The notes under the pieces were generated by a model, which saw only the letters and a list, made by a program, of their open reading frames with translations, was not told the DNA's origin and ran no database searches. DNA of 64,000 nt from a virus. Taxonomy: Duplodnaviria > Caudoviricetes. Where the stretch lies: IMG/VR virus record IMGVR_UViG_2551306228_000004, positions 55,192-119,191 of that record; one strand, written 5' to 3'. The position numbers and the translations under genes were made by a program. This document shows positions 46,760 to 57,033 of this stretch, one piece after another (position 1 is the stretch's first letter; every line of letters begins with the position of its first letter).

Positions 46760-49045
46760 CTAATCTAAGAAATCATAGCCATCATCAACCAATTTCAAAC
46801 CAAGAATGAGGTTACCTTTACTTGTCCGTTTTCGTTTAAAACCTGCCTGATCAAGAGCAGAATAAAAATCGGTCGTACTGCGTGTATACTCCATGTTTTT
46901 GGCACAATAAGCACGATACTGACTGTATAGTTCTCCTGATTTTTCTGTCAACTGATCACCAACTTGACAGCAGTCACTAAGGAAGTGTCCTAACCAATCA
47001 TTGGCCTCACGATAGGCTTTGACGGAAGAGGATACAGCAGTTGGTACTTTTGTTTTGAAGTTCGCTTTAATAGCTTTTTCTGCACCTTCGATAATCCAAG
47101 ACAAAATTGCTGGTGCCGCATTGTCATACAGATGGTCCGCAAAGTTTTTGATGTCAGAGCGACCAGTGATTTTGGCATTAAATGGGATAACAAGCAAACG
47201 TCGCCACGTTCCATCATCGTTCGCCCCTACTTTAGGCAGATGGTTGGTGTAAAGAACCAGCGTGTGTGATGGCACGAAGTGAAATGGATCCTTGTACTTT
47301 TTCTCAGCTTGGATTTCATCTGTTGAGGTAATCTGCTTAACAACGGCTGTATTGAGTCTCATCCCTTCTGCCATTTCAGAAGCAATGACCAGTCGTTTCC
47401 CTTTAAGCTCTGCAAGCTCAGGACTGACATTTCGCTTGTTTGACATGGTTAAGGCATCCGCTGATAATTTTCCTGAATAGCTCCCTAGCACACGAGCGAT
47501 GGTGTTCCAAAAAGTAGACTTGCCGTTTGCCCCACCTCCGTAGGCAATAATCATATGTTCCTGATAGACCTTCCCGATGGCTGCCATACCAATAATTTCT
47601 TGAACATAATCAATCAATTCTTGGTCATTACAGAAAAAGGTAGCTAAAGTTTCCTGCCATAATCCCATTCCCTGATCACTAGGAGAGACTGCTGTCATTT
47701 TAGTTATATAATCTTCAGGATTGTGTTCTTGTGACCCATTTATTCCTTTTCGTAAATCATAGGTAGCCTCTGGCGTATTGAGTAATAAGTCATCACTATC
47801 TAATTCTGACAATTCTACTGAAAGCATTGGCTTAGCTGTGTTATATACAGCCATCAAATTCTTATAGTCACGATGTTTCATAACAAATTTATGGAACTCT
47901 TTAGCTGCTAGATAAGCTTTTAAATATTTCAACTGAAGTGGAGTTTCGACTGCATTTTCTAGACGCTTTCCACCAGCCTTAATGGTCAATTCATCAATAC
48001 CTGAAGACTGAAGTTGCTTCACTGCAGATTCCAAGAGTGCATTCGCTTCAGCAAGTTGTTCATCAGTAAAGTGTACAACTGCCCCTAATGCCAACTGCTT
48101 GTTCTCACGCCAATGAGTTCCATCATAGTAAAGATAATCCGTTGCATTGGTATAAGCGAGCCTGTTCGCATACTCTCTTGCAAGAACTCCCGCTTCTCCA
48201 ACATCCGAGTAATCATCTGGTTTTAATGTTTCTCTATTGAAAGCATCAGGAGCCACGTAGCCTTTAGATGTTTTTATAGTTCTGTTGTAGAATCGCACAG
48301 CACTACCCCAGATGGTATCTAACTCTGTTTTATCAAGTGGCGGTACACATTTCTGTGCCTGCTCATCAAAACCATCTCTTGCTTCTTGCGTTACACCTAA
48401 ACGTTTGAGAATTTTCGCAGCAAATACAGACATCGTTGAATTACGACTGCCTTGCTGGATTGGTCCACTTGTAGGAGTATAGAAGTCTGCATCGAAATCT
48501 TCCTCGTCATCAATAGATACAGCTTGAAACAAATCTTCATCAATAATTAGCCATGAATCATGCCATATAACCTGTGCATTTGGATTTCCAAAGAAGAAAC
48601 GTGCCGCATCCTTGGCATTATCATCAAAAAACTTGTATTGATTACAAAGTTCTTCCTTCATAGCTACGTAGACATCTTTATCAGTTACCTCATTGATTTG
48701 GAAGTAAATATGATATTTTGGTCTTGGAGCTTTTCCTGCCTTTGCCTGCATATGACTTCGACTAGTTACCAAGGCAAAATTGTAATCCGCAAAGATTTCT
48801 TTTAATCGCTCGACCGTCATCCATTCATCTGGATTTTCAGAATGGTCATTATCAATATCCATGACCAAAACGTCCGACTTAATGAAATTTGCATTTGAGC
48901 GTGTATTGTTTAAAAACAGCCCTGCCACATGGTCAAATTGCGCAACAGTTTGTAGCGATATTTCATCAGTAATAGTAACTTGATTGGGATAGACCGTGGT
49001 TGTCTGAACCCCATTCTGTCCTGAATGAGATAAGGTAAATTGCAT
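46760..49045 (-). CDS. P4-family primase/helicase (PriCT + D5_N + SF3)
   Basis: DIDNDH, GSRNSTM, GGGANGKST, ASEM, TNHLP. Confidence 0.92.
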   Translation of the reverse strand: MQFTLSHSGQNGVQTTTVYPNQVTITDEISLQTVAQFDHVAGLFLNNTRSNANFIKSDVLVMDIDNDHSENPDEWMTVERLKEIFADYNFALVTSRSHMQAKAGKAPRPKYHIYFQINEVTDKDVYVAMKEELCNQYKFFDDNAKDAARFFFGNPNAQVIWHDSWLIIDEDLFQAVSIDDEEDFDADFYTPTSGPIQQGSRNSTMSVFAAKILKRLGVTQEARDGFDEQAQKCVPPLDKTELDTIWGSAVRFYNRTIKTSKGYVAPDAFNRETLKPDDYSDVGEAGVLAREYANRLAYTNATDYLYYDGTHWRENKQLALGAVVHFTDEQLAEANALLESAVKQLQSSGIDELTIKAGGKRLENAVETPLQLKYLKAYLAAKEFHKFVMKHRDYKNLMAVYNTAKPMLSVELSELDSDDLLLNTPEATYDLRKGINGSQEHNPEDYITKMTAVSPSDQGMGLWQETLATFFCNDQELIDYVQEIIGMAAIGKVYQEHMIIAYGGGANGKSTFWNTIARVLGSYSGKLSADALTMSNKRNVSPELAELKGKRLVIASEMAEGMRLNTAVVKQITSTDEIQAEKKYKDPFHFVPSHTLVLYTNHLPKVGANDDGTWRRLLVIPFNAKITGRSDIKNFADHLYDNAAPAILSWIIEGAEKAIKANFKTKVPTAVSSSVKAYREANDWLGHFLSDCCQVGDQLTEKSGELYSQYRAYCAKNMEYTRSTTDFYSALDQAGFKRKRTSKGNLILGLKLVDDGYDFLD

Positions 49046-49095
49046 TATGCACCCTCCATATTTTTGCAGTAATTTTAGAAATATATCTTCTTAAC

Positions 49096-49317
49096 TTACT
49101 AAGTAAGAATCTGACAAATTTTTCCGCTCTTTCAGAAAAAAACATTCAAAAAAATAGAAGTTTCCTATTAAATTGCACAGGAAACTTTTTTGATATTCAA
49201 AAATTTTTTCAAATCTAACGGAAAAACATCACTTGGTTCTACTTAGTAATGTGTAAGAGGTATGTCTAAAAAAATCTCTTGCAAAGTGGAAAATTTAATA
49301 AAAACCTTACTTAGTAA
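49096..49317. promoter_or_regulatory. Divergent control region with motif copies B (49096-49126, -), C (49219-49249, +) and D (49287-49317, +)
   Basis: YGGAAAAW-N13-TACTTAGTAA three times. Confidence 0.7.
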
Positions 49318-49333
49318 GATAGGAGGACCAAAT

Positions 49334-49468
49334 ATGGTAAACGAACCATACATCAAACCTGATGAAGACGTAGCTGATACTCTCATAGCTATCAGCGTCA
49401 TCTCAAAACTACTCGCTAAAAAAATTATGGAGGAAGAAAGTAATGAGCAAAATGAAAGAACTGAATAG
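49334..49468 (+). CDS. Small hypothetical protein (alternative start 49262)
   Basis: AGGAGG-ATG; DTLIAISVISKLLAKKI. Confidence 0.65.
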   Translation: MVNEPYIKPDEDVADTLIAISVISKLLAKKIMEEESNEQNERTE

Positions 49469-49766
49469 ACTAATTCATGATATGGAAGAAACCGCAAAGT
49501 ACTACCTTCGATTGGTGGATGAGTTCAAAAAACTCCTATCTACTGATGATGAAACAGTTCCTGAACCAATATCACCCAAATCTGAACCACAAAAGGAAAT
49601 TCAATTGGAGGATGTCCGTGCAGCCCTTGCGACCAAAGCTAAAGACGGGTTTAAAAATGAGGTTCGCGCTCTTCTAAATACTTACGGTGCTTCTTCTCTA
49701 TCAGCTCTTGACCCTAAACACTTTGCGGCAGTCCTTGAAGAAGCTGGAGGGATTGGTAATGACTAA
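49443..49766 (+). CDS. Conserved phage replication-module protein
   Basis: LEDVRAAL...VRALLNTYGASSLS; usual neighbour of DUF2800. Confidence 0.75.
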   Translation: MSKMKELNRLIHDMEETAKYYLRLVDEFKKLLSTDDETVPEPISPKSEPQKEIQLEDVRAALATKAKDGFKNEVRALLNTYGASSLSALDPKHFAAVLEEAGGIGND

Positions 49767-50880
49767 CCATGCCATTCTATCCGCATCTGCTTCACACCGA
49801 TGGTTGAACTGCCCACCATCTGTTCGTCTCACCGAAGATTTACCAGACACAACTTCTGATTTCGCTCTTGAAGGGACGGATGCCCACGAGTTGTGTGCTT
49901 ATCTAGTCGAGAAAGCTTTAGGTAGGAATGCGCGTGATCCGACTAAGGATTTAGCATTTTACAATCATGAAATGCAGGATTGCGCTGAAGAATACCGCAA
50001 CTACGTCATGGAACAAGTCGAGAAAGCCAGAGGCTACTCTCGTGACCCTACAGTTCTTATCGAACAACGACTGGACTTTTCTAAGTGGGTACCTGAAGGA
50101 TTTGGAACTGGGGATTGCATCATCGTGGCGGATGGACTTCTTCAGGTAATTGACTACAAGCACGGGCTTGGTGTTCTAGTTGATGCAGACCACAACTCTC
50201 AGATGATGTGCTACGCTTTAGGAGCTCTTGAGATGTTTGATGGACTTTATGATTTTGATAAAGTCACCATGACTATCTTTCAACCACGAAAACATAACAT
50301 ATCTACCTTTGAGATAGAAAAGACAGAGTTGCTTGAATGGGCTGAAAATGAACTCGCTCCAAAAGCTGAACTTGCATTCAAAGGTGAAGGGGAGATGCAG
50401 TCTGGTAAACACTGCCAGTTCTGTAAACTAAAGAATATCTGTCGAAAGCGTGCGGAGGATAATTTGGCTCTTGCCAAGATGGAGTTTGCGAATCCAGATA
50501 CCCTTGATAACGAGGACATTGCAGAGATTTTGCCTAAACTAGATTTGTTGATTTCATGGGCAAACGACATCAAAGCTTATGCATTAAATCAAGCAACAGA
50601 TGGACATCCTATCCCAGGATATAAACTGGTTGAAGGTCGCTCTGTTCGTAAATTCTCAGATGAGTCAGCTGTTAGCCAAGCTGTGATTGAAGCTGGCTAT
50701 GACCCTTATGAGAAGAAACTACTAACCATTACAGCCATGACTAAGTTACTTGGCAAGAAAACCTTTAATGACCTCCTTGGTGGTCTCATAATAAAACCAA
50801 GTGGTAAACCAACACTCGTTCCAATTGACGATACCCGTCAAGAGATGAACCTAGCAAAAAATGAATTTAAAGAGGATTAA
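49759..50880 (+). CDS. DUF2800 Cas4-like (PD-(D/E)xK) nuclease
   Basis: HAILSASASHRWLNCPPS, GFGTGD, IDYKHG, HCQFC. Confidence 0.88.
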   Translation: MTNHAILSASASHRWLNCPPSVRLTEDLPDTTSDFALEGTDAHELCAYLVEKALGRNARDPTKDLAFYNHEMQDCAEEYRNYVMEQVEKARGYSRDPTVLIEQRLDFSKWVPEGFGTGDCIIVADGLLQVIDYKHGLGVLVDADHNSQMMCYALGALEMFDGLYDFDKVTMTIFQPRKHNISTFEIEKTELLEWAENELAPKAELAFKGEGEMQSGKHCQFCKLKNICRKRAEDNLALAKMEFANPDTLDNEDIAEILPKLDLLISWANDIKAYALNQATDGHPIPGYKLVEGRSVRKFSDESAVSQAVIEAGYDPYEKKLLTITAMTKLLGKKTFNDLLGGLIIKPSGKPTLVPIDDTRQEMNLAKNEFKED

Positions 50881-50884
50881 CTAT

Positions 50885-51433
50885 ATGACAACTAAAGTAA
50901 TTACAGGACCAAACACTCGCTTCAGCTACTTAAATGCCAATGAGCCAAAATCGATTAACGGTAGTATTCCCAAGTACAGTGCCTCACTCATCATCCCAAA
51001 AGAGGATACTGTCACCATTAACAAAATCAAGGCTGCTATTGAGCAAGCATACAAAGAAGGTGAGTCAAAACTCAAGGGCAACGGTAAATCTGTACCCGCA
51101 TTATCTACTCTGAAAACACCGCTTCGTGATGGTGACCTTGAACGCCCTGATGATGAAGCATACAAAAATGCTTACTTTGTGAATGCCAACTCTCCACACA
51201 AACCTGGGGTGGTTGACGGCAATCGTCAAGAAATCATTGATACATCAGAATTGTATTCAGGCATCTACGGACGTGCTTCTATCACCTTCTACGCATTTAA
51301 TTCCAATGGCAATAAAGGGATTGCTTGCGGTTTGAATAACTTGCAAAAATTGCGTGATGGGGAACCCCTCGGAGGACGCACTCGTGCTGAGGATGATTTT
51401 GCGACAGAAGACGATGATGACTTTTTGAACTAG
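50885..51433 (+). CDS. DUF2815 ssDNA-binding protein
   Basis: KYSASLIIPK, PLRDGD, YSGIYGR, acidic tail DDDDFLN. Confidence 0.88.
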   Translation: MTTKVITGPNTRFSYLNANEPKSINGSIPKYSASLIIPKEDTVTINKIKAAIEQAYKEGESKLKGNGKSVPALSTLKTPLRDGDLERPDDEAYKNAYFVNANSPHKPGVVDGNRQEIIDTSELYSGIYGRASITFYAFNSNGNKGIACGLNNLQKLRDGEPLGGRTRAEDDFATEDDDDFLN

Positions 51434-51451
51434 AAATGGAGAATTAGATTG

Positions 51452-51619
51452 ATGATGTATACTATTTTAACTTGTACTATTATGGGCCTCTGGGTGCTTA
51501 TCGGACTATACTTCGGGTATATGACCATTAGAGATGATATTCGAAATGAAATGGAACGAAAGGCAAAGCAAAATAAAGAAAAACTTAGCCAAACACCACT
51601 CAGTCGAAAAAACAAATAG
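51452..51619 (+). CDS. 55-aa single-TM protein
   Basis: GGAG RBS; MMYTILTCTIMGLWVLIGLYFGYMTIRDD...; below the ORF-track cut-off. Confidence 0.6.
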   Translation: MMYTILTCTIMGLWVLIGLYFGYMTIRDDIRNEMERKAKQNKEKLSQTPLSRKNK

Positions 51620-51667
51620 AACTTTAGGTGGCAGTACTTCTGTCACCTTTTTCAGAAAGGACGTACT

Positions 51668-53623
51668 ATGCCAATTAGAGAACTCAGCATTGACATCGAA
51701 ACTTATTGTGAAATTGACTTACGAAAATCTGGTGTCTATCGCTATGCGGAGGATAACAGTTTTGAAATCCTTTTATTTGCGGTATCTGTCGATAATGGAC
51801 CAGTAACTGTTTACGACTTAACTAAGGAGAAGTTACCACAAGATATTCTTGAAGCTTTAGTAGACGATAGAGTCATCAAATGGGCATTCAACGCTTCATT
51901 TGAACGAATTTGTCTATCAAACTGGCTCAAGAAATATCAACCCAAATTGTTATCAGATGAATTTTTATCTCCAGTTTCATGGAGATGTAGCATGATTTGG
52001 TCCGCCTATTTAGGACTCCCACTCTCCCTTGAAGGAGTTGGAACAGTTCTCAAACTCAAAGACCAAAAGATGAGAGAGGGTGCTGACCTCATTCGCTACT
52101 TCTGCGTACCTTGTAAGCCTACTAAGGTCAATGGAGGGCGAGTTCGCAACTTTCCTCATCACGCGCCTGACAAATGGTCTACCTTTATCGATTACAACAG
52201 ACGTGATGTTGAGGTCGAATTGGCCATCAAGGAACGACTGAAAAACTTCCCAGTACCTAATTTTGTTTGGGATGAGTACCTCCAAGATCAGATTATAAAT
52301 GACCATGGTATTGGCATAGATGTTAACTTTGTAAAAGCCGCTATAAAAATAGACGGAGAGAGCAAAGCCAAAATTCAAGAAGAACTAAAAGCCTTAACTG
52401 GTCTTGAAAATCCAAACTCAGTTCTGCAGATGATTGACTGGCTACGAGATCACGGAGTAACTACAGATTCACTCGACAAAAAAACTGTGAAAGAACTTCT
52501 CAAAACGGTTGATGAAACAACTGCTCAAGTTCTCAAACTTCGTCAGCAAGCTGCCAAATCTAGTGTCTCCAAATACCATGCCATGATGAACTGTGTTTGT
52601 AAAGACGGTCGAGCAAGAGGAATGTTTCAATTTTACGGAGCTAACCGTACAGGTCGATGGGCTGGCCGTTTGGTGCAACTTCAGAACTTACCACAGAATC
52701 ACCTTCGTGACCTAGAGGAAGCTAGAGAACTTTTCAGAACAGGTGACTTAGAAGCTACTGAGCTACTCTACGATACTCAGGATACCTTATCGCAACTTAT
52801 CCGTACTGCTTTCGTTCCAAGTGAAGGAAAGAAATTCATTGTTTGCGACTTTTCAGCTATCGAAGCTCGTGTACTCTCCCACTTAGCTGGTGAGAGATGG
52901 CGTAGTAAGGTCTTTGAACAAGGTAAGGATATCTACTGTATGTCTGCGTCACAAATGTTCGGTGTGCCAGTTGAGAAACATGGTCAAAATGCAGACCTAC
53001 GTCAAAAAGGGAAGATTGCGGAGTTGGCCTGTGGCTATGGTGGAGCAGTTGGTGCACTCAAAGCCATGGGTGCACTTGATATGGGACTATCAGAGGACGA
53101 ACTCCAACCACTTGTTAACTCATGGCGACAAGCAAATCCCAATATCGTTCTCTTATGGTGGGATGTCGATAATGCTGTAAAGACTGCTGTAAAGGAACAA
53201 ATTCCAACATCTACTCAAAATATTCAATTTGAAGTCAAAAGTGGCATATTGTTCATCACCCTTCCTTCTGGTCGTAAATTAGCGTATATCAAGCCAAGAA
53301 TTGGCGAGAACCAGTTCGGTGGAGAGTCCATCACTTACGAAGGAACTGGAACTGCCAAACGTTGGGAGAGGTTAGAAAGTTATGGTCCAAAATTTGTGGA
53401 GAACATTGTCCAAGCTATCAGTCGTGATATTCTTGCATTTGCTCTGAAACAACTAAAAGAGTTTAAAATTGTAGGACATGTACATGATGAAGTTATTATA
53501 GAATGCCCAATGGAACAAAAACTTGATGATATTGCATCTTTAATGGGGATTGCACCAGACTGGATGTCTGATATTAACCTTCGTGCCGACGGATACGAAT
53601 GCTTATTCTATCAGAAAGATTAG
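51668..53623 (+). CDS. Family A DNA polymerase (phage)
   Basis: SIDIET exonuclease motif, RTGRWAG, DFSAIEAR, RQKGKIAELACGYG, HVHDE. Confidence 0.93.
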   Translation: MPIRELSIDIETYCEIDLRKSGVYRYAEDNSFEILLFAVSVDNGPVTVYDLTKEKLPQDILEALVDDRVIKWAFNASFERICLSNWLKKYQPKLLSDEFLSPVSWRCSMIWSAYLGLPLSLEGVGTVLKLKDQKMREGADLIRYFCVPCKPTKVNGGRVRNFPHHAPDKWSTFIDYNRRDVEVELAIKERLKNFPVPNFVWDEYLQDQIINDHGIGIDVNFVKAAIKIDGESKAKIQEELKALTGLENPNSVLQMIDWLRDHGVTTDSLDKKTVKELLKTVDETTAQVLKLRQQAAKSSVSKYHAMMNCVCKDGRARGMFQFYGANRTGRWAGRLVQLQNLPQNHLRDLEEARELFRTGDLEATELLYDTQDTLSQLIRTAFVPSEGKKFIVCDFSAIEARVLSHLAGERWRSKVFEQGKDIYCMSASQMFGVPVEKHGQNADLRQKGKIAELACGYGGAVGALKAMGALDMGLSEDELQPLVNSWRQANPNIVLLWWDVDNAVKTAVKEQIPTSTQNIQFEVKSGILFITLPSGRKLAYIKPRIGENQFGGESITYEGTGTAKRWERLESYGPKFVENIVQAISRDILAFALKQLKEFKIVGHVHDEVIIECPMEQKLDDIASLMGIAPDWMSDINLRADGYECLFYQKD

Positions 53624-53660
53624 CAAAAAATCGCCACCTCACAATTGAGATGGCGATTCT
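53624..53660. terminator. Terminator between convergent polA and sigma-like gene
   Basis: AATCGCCAcCTCA...TGAGaTGGCGATT stem with an A-run on the polA side. Confidence 0.7.
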
Positions 53661-53661
53661 A

Positions 53662-54231
53662 TTATTTATTTAATTCTTTGTAAAGCTCAAACCCTTCTTT
53701 CTTAGTATTATTGACTTTTTTATAGCCTGCAGATTTCTGAACTCCTAGTTTTTCAAAGATTTCCTTATTCTCATAACCATCAAATAGCATTTCCAAAATT
53801 TCTGGTGCTTGAAAGTTTGATTCTGCAAGTTTTGATTTCAAAAACTCAAATTGATCCATGAATAGATAAAGCTCAATCCCATCATCAATTACTGGTAAAT
53901 CTTGTTTCTCTGTGAATGCTTCCCATGATGAAATCTTAGGGGCATTTTTACTTGGCTTACGAAAATCTTTGAGATAATCATTAACTGAGTTGTTATACCA
54001 CCAGACCATCTGTTCATAGTCCTCTTCTGCGACTGGAACAAAGGCAGTTAGTATTGAAATACCCATGATACGACATTGACGAAACGTGCCACGTAGCAAA
54101 CCTGAATGATGTGAAGTCATGTAGTAATCCTGTACAAACATAGGTGCTAGTACTTCACTTTCAGTTGGATGTACTCCAGTTGATGAAGATTGAGCTTGGC
54201 AGTAGTTGAAAAAGTTGACGTTGATTGTCAT
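53662..54231 (-). CDS. Sigma-70 region-4-like regulator
   Basis: C-terminal EILEMLFDGYENKEIFEKLGVQKSAGYKKV HTH; 189 aa. Confidence 0.6.
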   Translation of the reverse strand: MTINVNFFNYCQAQSSSTGVHPTESEVLAPMFVQDYYMTSHHSGLLRGTFRQCRIMGISILTAFVPVAEEDYEQMVWWYNNSVNDYLKDFRKPSKNAPKISSWEAFTEKQDLPVIDDGIELYLFMDQFEFLKSKLAESNFQAPEILEMLFDGYENKEIFEKLGVQKSAGYKKVNNTKKEGFELYKELNK

Positions 54232-54576
54232 GATTGATTGACTTTCCAGTTAATACCGAAAGTACACATGACAAATCAAGGCATGCAAAAAATATTCTTG
54301 ACCGCATAGTTACTTTCCTCTATGTTATCGGTCAGCCAATTTCACAAGCTGAAAAAAGTAATCAATACCAAAACGTCTGAAATTATGGTCGTCGTCACGA
54401 CTCAGTTTTGGTAATGATAATCGTTTAGAGATATCTCATCTCATAGTTAAATTGTAATAGAAAACAATCCGTAATTGAAGTTCACGATTAAATCGATTAC
54501 TATATAATATCGTTATTGTTTTTTTATTTATTTTAGGTTAAAATTACTTTATAATAATCCTGAAAGTAAGCTATAT

Positions 54577-55731
54577 ATGGAAAGTAAATTTACATTCGAA
54601 AATAAGATTGAAAACTATTCATTAACAGATACTTTTGATCCGAACTCTGGTCAAGAGATTCTTACATTATATTGTTCACATTTGCCTAAACCTAATTATG
54701 CAAAATATAATTTTGATAGCTTAACGGGTCTTGTTACAAGTAATGTAGATACAAAAAAAAATAATCCATTTGGTGAGTTCTTGTCCATTAACAAAAGTAC
54801 CTTTATGGATTATTTAACTAAATATGGATTTTTATTTGATTGGGAAAGTAGTGAAAATTTTGATAGCATTGAGTTTAATTACATTCTTGAATTTCAAAGC
54901 AGACTTAAACTTCTTTTATCGATTTTCAACAATATCGCCAAATCTATTGAATACAAAGAATTATTGTTAAGTACATTCTTATTAATAGGTAAGCCACAAT
55001 TAGAGCTAAATCTTGGAAAAAGTAAATACATATTCCCTTCTTTATTTCCATTTCATGGGCTTCGCAATTCAATACCAGAAAAAAACTTAAATGATATGAC
55101 ATCCAGACATACCTCTTCAACTGGTAAAATAACAACGTACATAAAAGTAGAGAATATATTTACCGAAAATGGATTTACATGTGATTTAAATATTTCACTT
55201 TATCAAGACATAATTGAAAATTCCCAATACGATGATTTTATAAAGGATATTTTTTATCTGTATGTAAACAAGCCTGCAAATCTTGAACCTATAACAGTAC
55301 ACATTATTGACTTCATATATTTGTTCTTCAGTAAAGTTGGTATTTGCGACATTTCAAATTCAAATTTAAATTTTGAAGATGAAGACTTATCAAATTTTAT
55401 GAAATCAAGTGAATTGAAAAATGCACTATTAATCTTGTCAAAGGAAATACTTGCACTGGAAATTAATAGAGGATTAGCTAAAGTGCAACCTAAAATAAAT
55501 TTAGATACTCTACTACCTGATTGGAATTTACCAGATTTAATTTCAGCATTTTACTTCACTTTATTTTACTCAAACCCTAAAATTGCTATGTACAAAATTT
55601 GCGAGAATGTAGGATGTAACACCCCATTTTATGTTCAAAGGTCAAATACAATAAAAAAATATTGCTCTGAAAGTTGTAAGAACGCTTCTTCTCAGAGAAG
55701 ATATAGAAATAAACAAAAAGACTTTCAGTGA
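54577..55731 (+). CDS. CGNR-type zinc-finger protein
   Basis: C-terminal CENVGC...KKYCSESCKNASSQRRYR; AT-rich gene. Confidence 0.7.
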   Translation: MESKFTFENKIENYSLTDTFDPNSGQEILTLYCSHLPKPNYAKYNFDSLTGLVTSNVDTKKNNPFGEFLSINKSTFMDYLTKYGFLFDWESSENFDSIEFNYILEFQSRLKLLLSIFNNIAKSIEYKELLLSTFLLIGKPQLELNLGKSKYIFPSLFPFHGLRNSIPEKNLNDMTSRHTSSTGKITTYIKVENIFTENGFTCDLNISLYQDIIENSQYDDFIKDIFYLYVNKPANLEPITVHIIDFIYLFFSKVGICDISNSNLNFEDEDLSNFMKSSELKNALLILSKEILALEINRGLAKVQPKINLDTLLPDWNLPDLISAFYFTLFYSNPKIAMYKICENVGCNTPFYVQRSNTIKKYCSESCKNASSQRRYRNKQKDFQ

Positions 55732-55752
55732 AAATTATCACTGAAAGTCTTA

Positions 55753-57033
55753 TTACATATTTGCTAATTTTTCATCAACCTTTTCGGAGATTAAATCGGA
55801 TAATTCTTGAATATACTGAGTTCGATTTCTTGCAGAATTATGTACCAATGTTTTTACATCAACTAAAATACCTTGAACACGCTCATAAGTTTTATCCTGA
55901 CCCTTCCACTCACCAAGAGCTTCTCCGATATATTGATACATTCCGTCTGTTTGAAAAATTTCGTGACTCTTTGAAAATGGCATTAAGAATGCATTATATA
56001 CTTTTGAATTATGTCCATGTATTTCTTTTAGCGAATCTTGATTTGCCACATACTCACCATATGTAATTTGCTTATTAATACTTGTTGACGGAGGCAAATC
56101 TTTCATTAAGTTAGTTTGACCGAACTTGTAGTATTTTGCATCTAATACAAAAACATTATCATTGTAAACCATAATAGTATCCGGTTCTAGTGCATACCCT
56201 TTTGAAGTTTTTGTCTCAAAAACTAAATCCCATTTTGTTCTAGGAAAATATGAAGTTTTATTGGCAATTCCATATGTATAATCTATTAGATTTTCCCAGA
56301 TAAATTGGAAATTATTAGTTCCAAAATAAAACTTATCCGGTTCCTCTTGCCTATCCTTATAATTAAGTATGTCAATCATACTTTGGAAAAGTCTTCTCTC
56401 CATATCATTAAAAGTTGTAGCCATCTTTTTTTTGATAATAGACTCAAATTGAGATCTATTATAGTTTATACGAGCTTTTTCAGGTAGAGGAAGCTGATAC
56501 AGCCACCCCATATTTAGAAACGCTTCATATACACAGAATTTGTTTATTTCCGTTAAAAGAGTAATGTCAGTATCACTTTGCTTTTTAGATTCCATTTTCA
56601 AAAATTTGAATCCATTTCCTTGAACAACTGGTTGAACACGTTTTATAGTCCTCGACCAGTTAATGCGGCCTCCCAAAGTTTGAATATAGTACTCTTCAGT
56701 CTCCTTATAATATGTACCACGATTAATAAAATCATGTATAACAAATGTATAAGCCTCCATTGGAAAGTTTAACGTTTTTAGAGCTTGATTCACGTCTACA
56801 GTTCTTAGGCGAGACTCTTCATCATTATGAGCTTGTAAGACGGAAACAAGGGCAATTATATCTCTTCTTGCTGTTTCTGCATCTTTTGCAATCTCAAAAC
56901 CTAATGGAAAATTGACAGTAACTTCTTGTACACCTTCTATTATCTCAGCTTTAATACCAACAAACGTATCACCTTCCATATTTGTTGCAACACGACACAT
57001 ATCCAGTAAGGATTTATTCGGTACTGTCAGCAT
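55753..57033 (-). CDS. LlaJI-family restriction subunit (McrC-like nuclease)
   Basis: GRINWSRTIK, EPDTIM...VLDAKYY, SINKQITYGEY. Confidence 0.85.
   Translation of the reverse strand: MLTVPNKSLLDMCRVATNMEGDTFVGIKAEIIEGVQEVTVNFPLGFEIAKDAETARRDIIALVSVLQAHNDEESRLRTVDVNQALKTLNFPMEAYTFVIHDFINRGTYYKETEEYYIQTLGGRINWSRTIKRVQPVVQGNGFKFLKMESKKQSDTDITLLTEINKFCVYEAFLNMGWLYQLPLPEKARINYNRSQFESIIKKKMATTFNDMERRLFQSMIDILNYKDRQEEPDKFYFGTNNFQFIWENLIDYTYGIANKTSYFPRTKWDLVFETKTSKGYALEPDTIMVYNDNVFVLDAKYYKFGQTNLMKDLPPSTSINKQITYGEYVANQDSLKEIHGHNSKVYNAFLMPFSKSHEIFQTDGMYQYIGEALGEWKGQDKTYERVQGILVDVKTLVHNSARNRTQYIQELSDLISEKVDEKLANM

Noticed and set aside
49759-50880. Cas4-like nuclease suggesting CRISPR-Cas
   Set aside because: No array or other cas genes; DUF2800-DUF2815-PolA is a standard phage replication block
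54305-54325. GAGGAAAGT resembling the RNase P RNA motif
   Set aside because: Lacks the following CC and the rest of the RNase P structure
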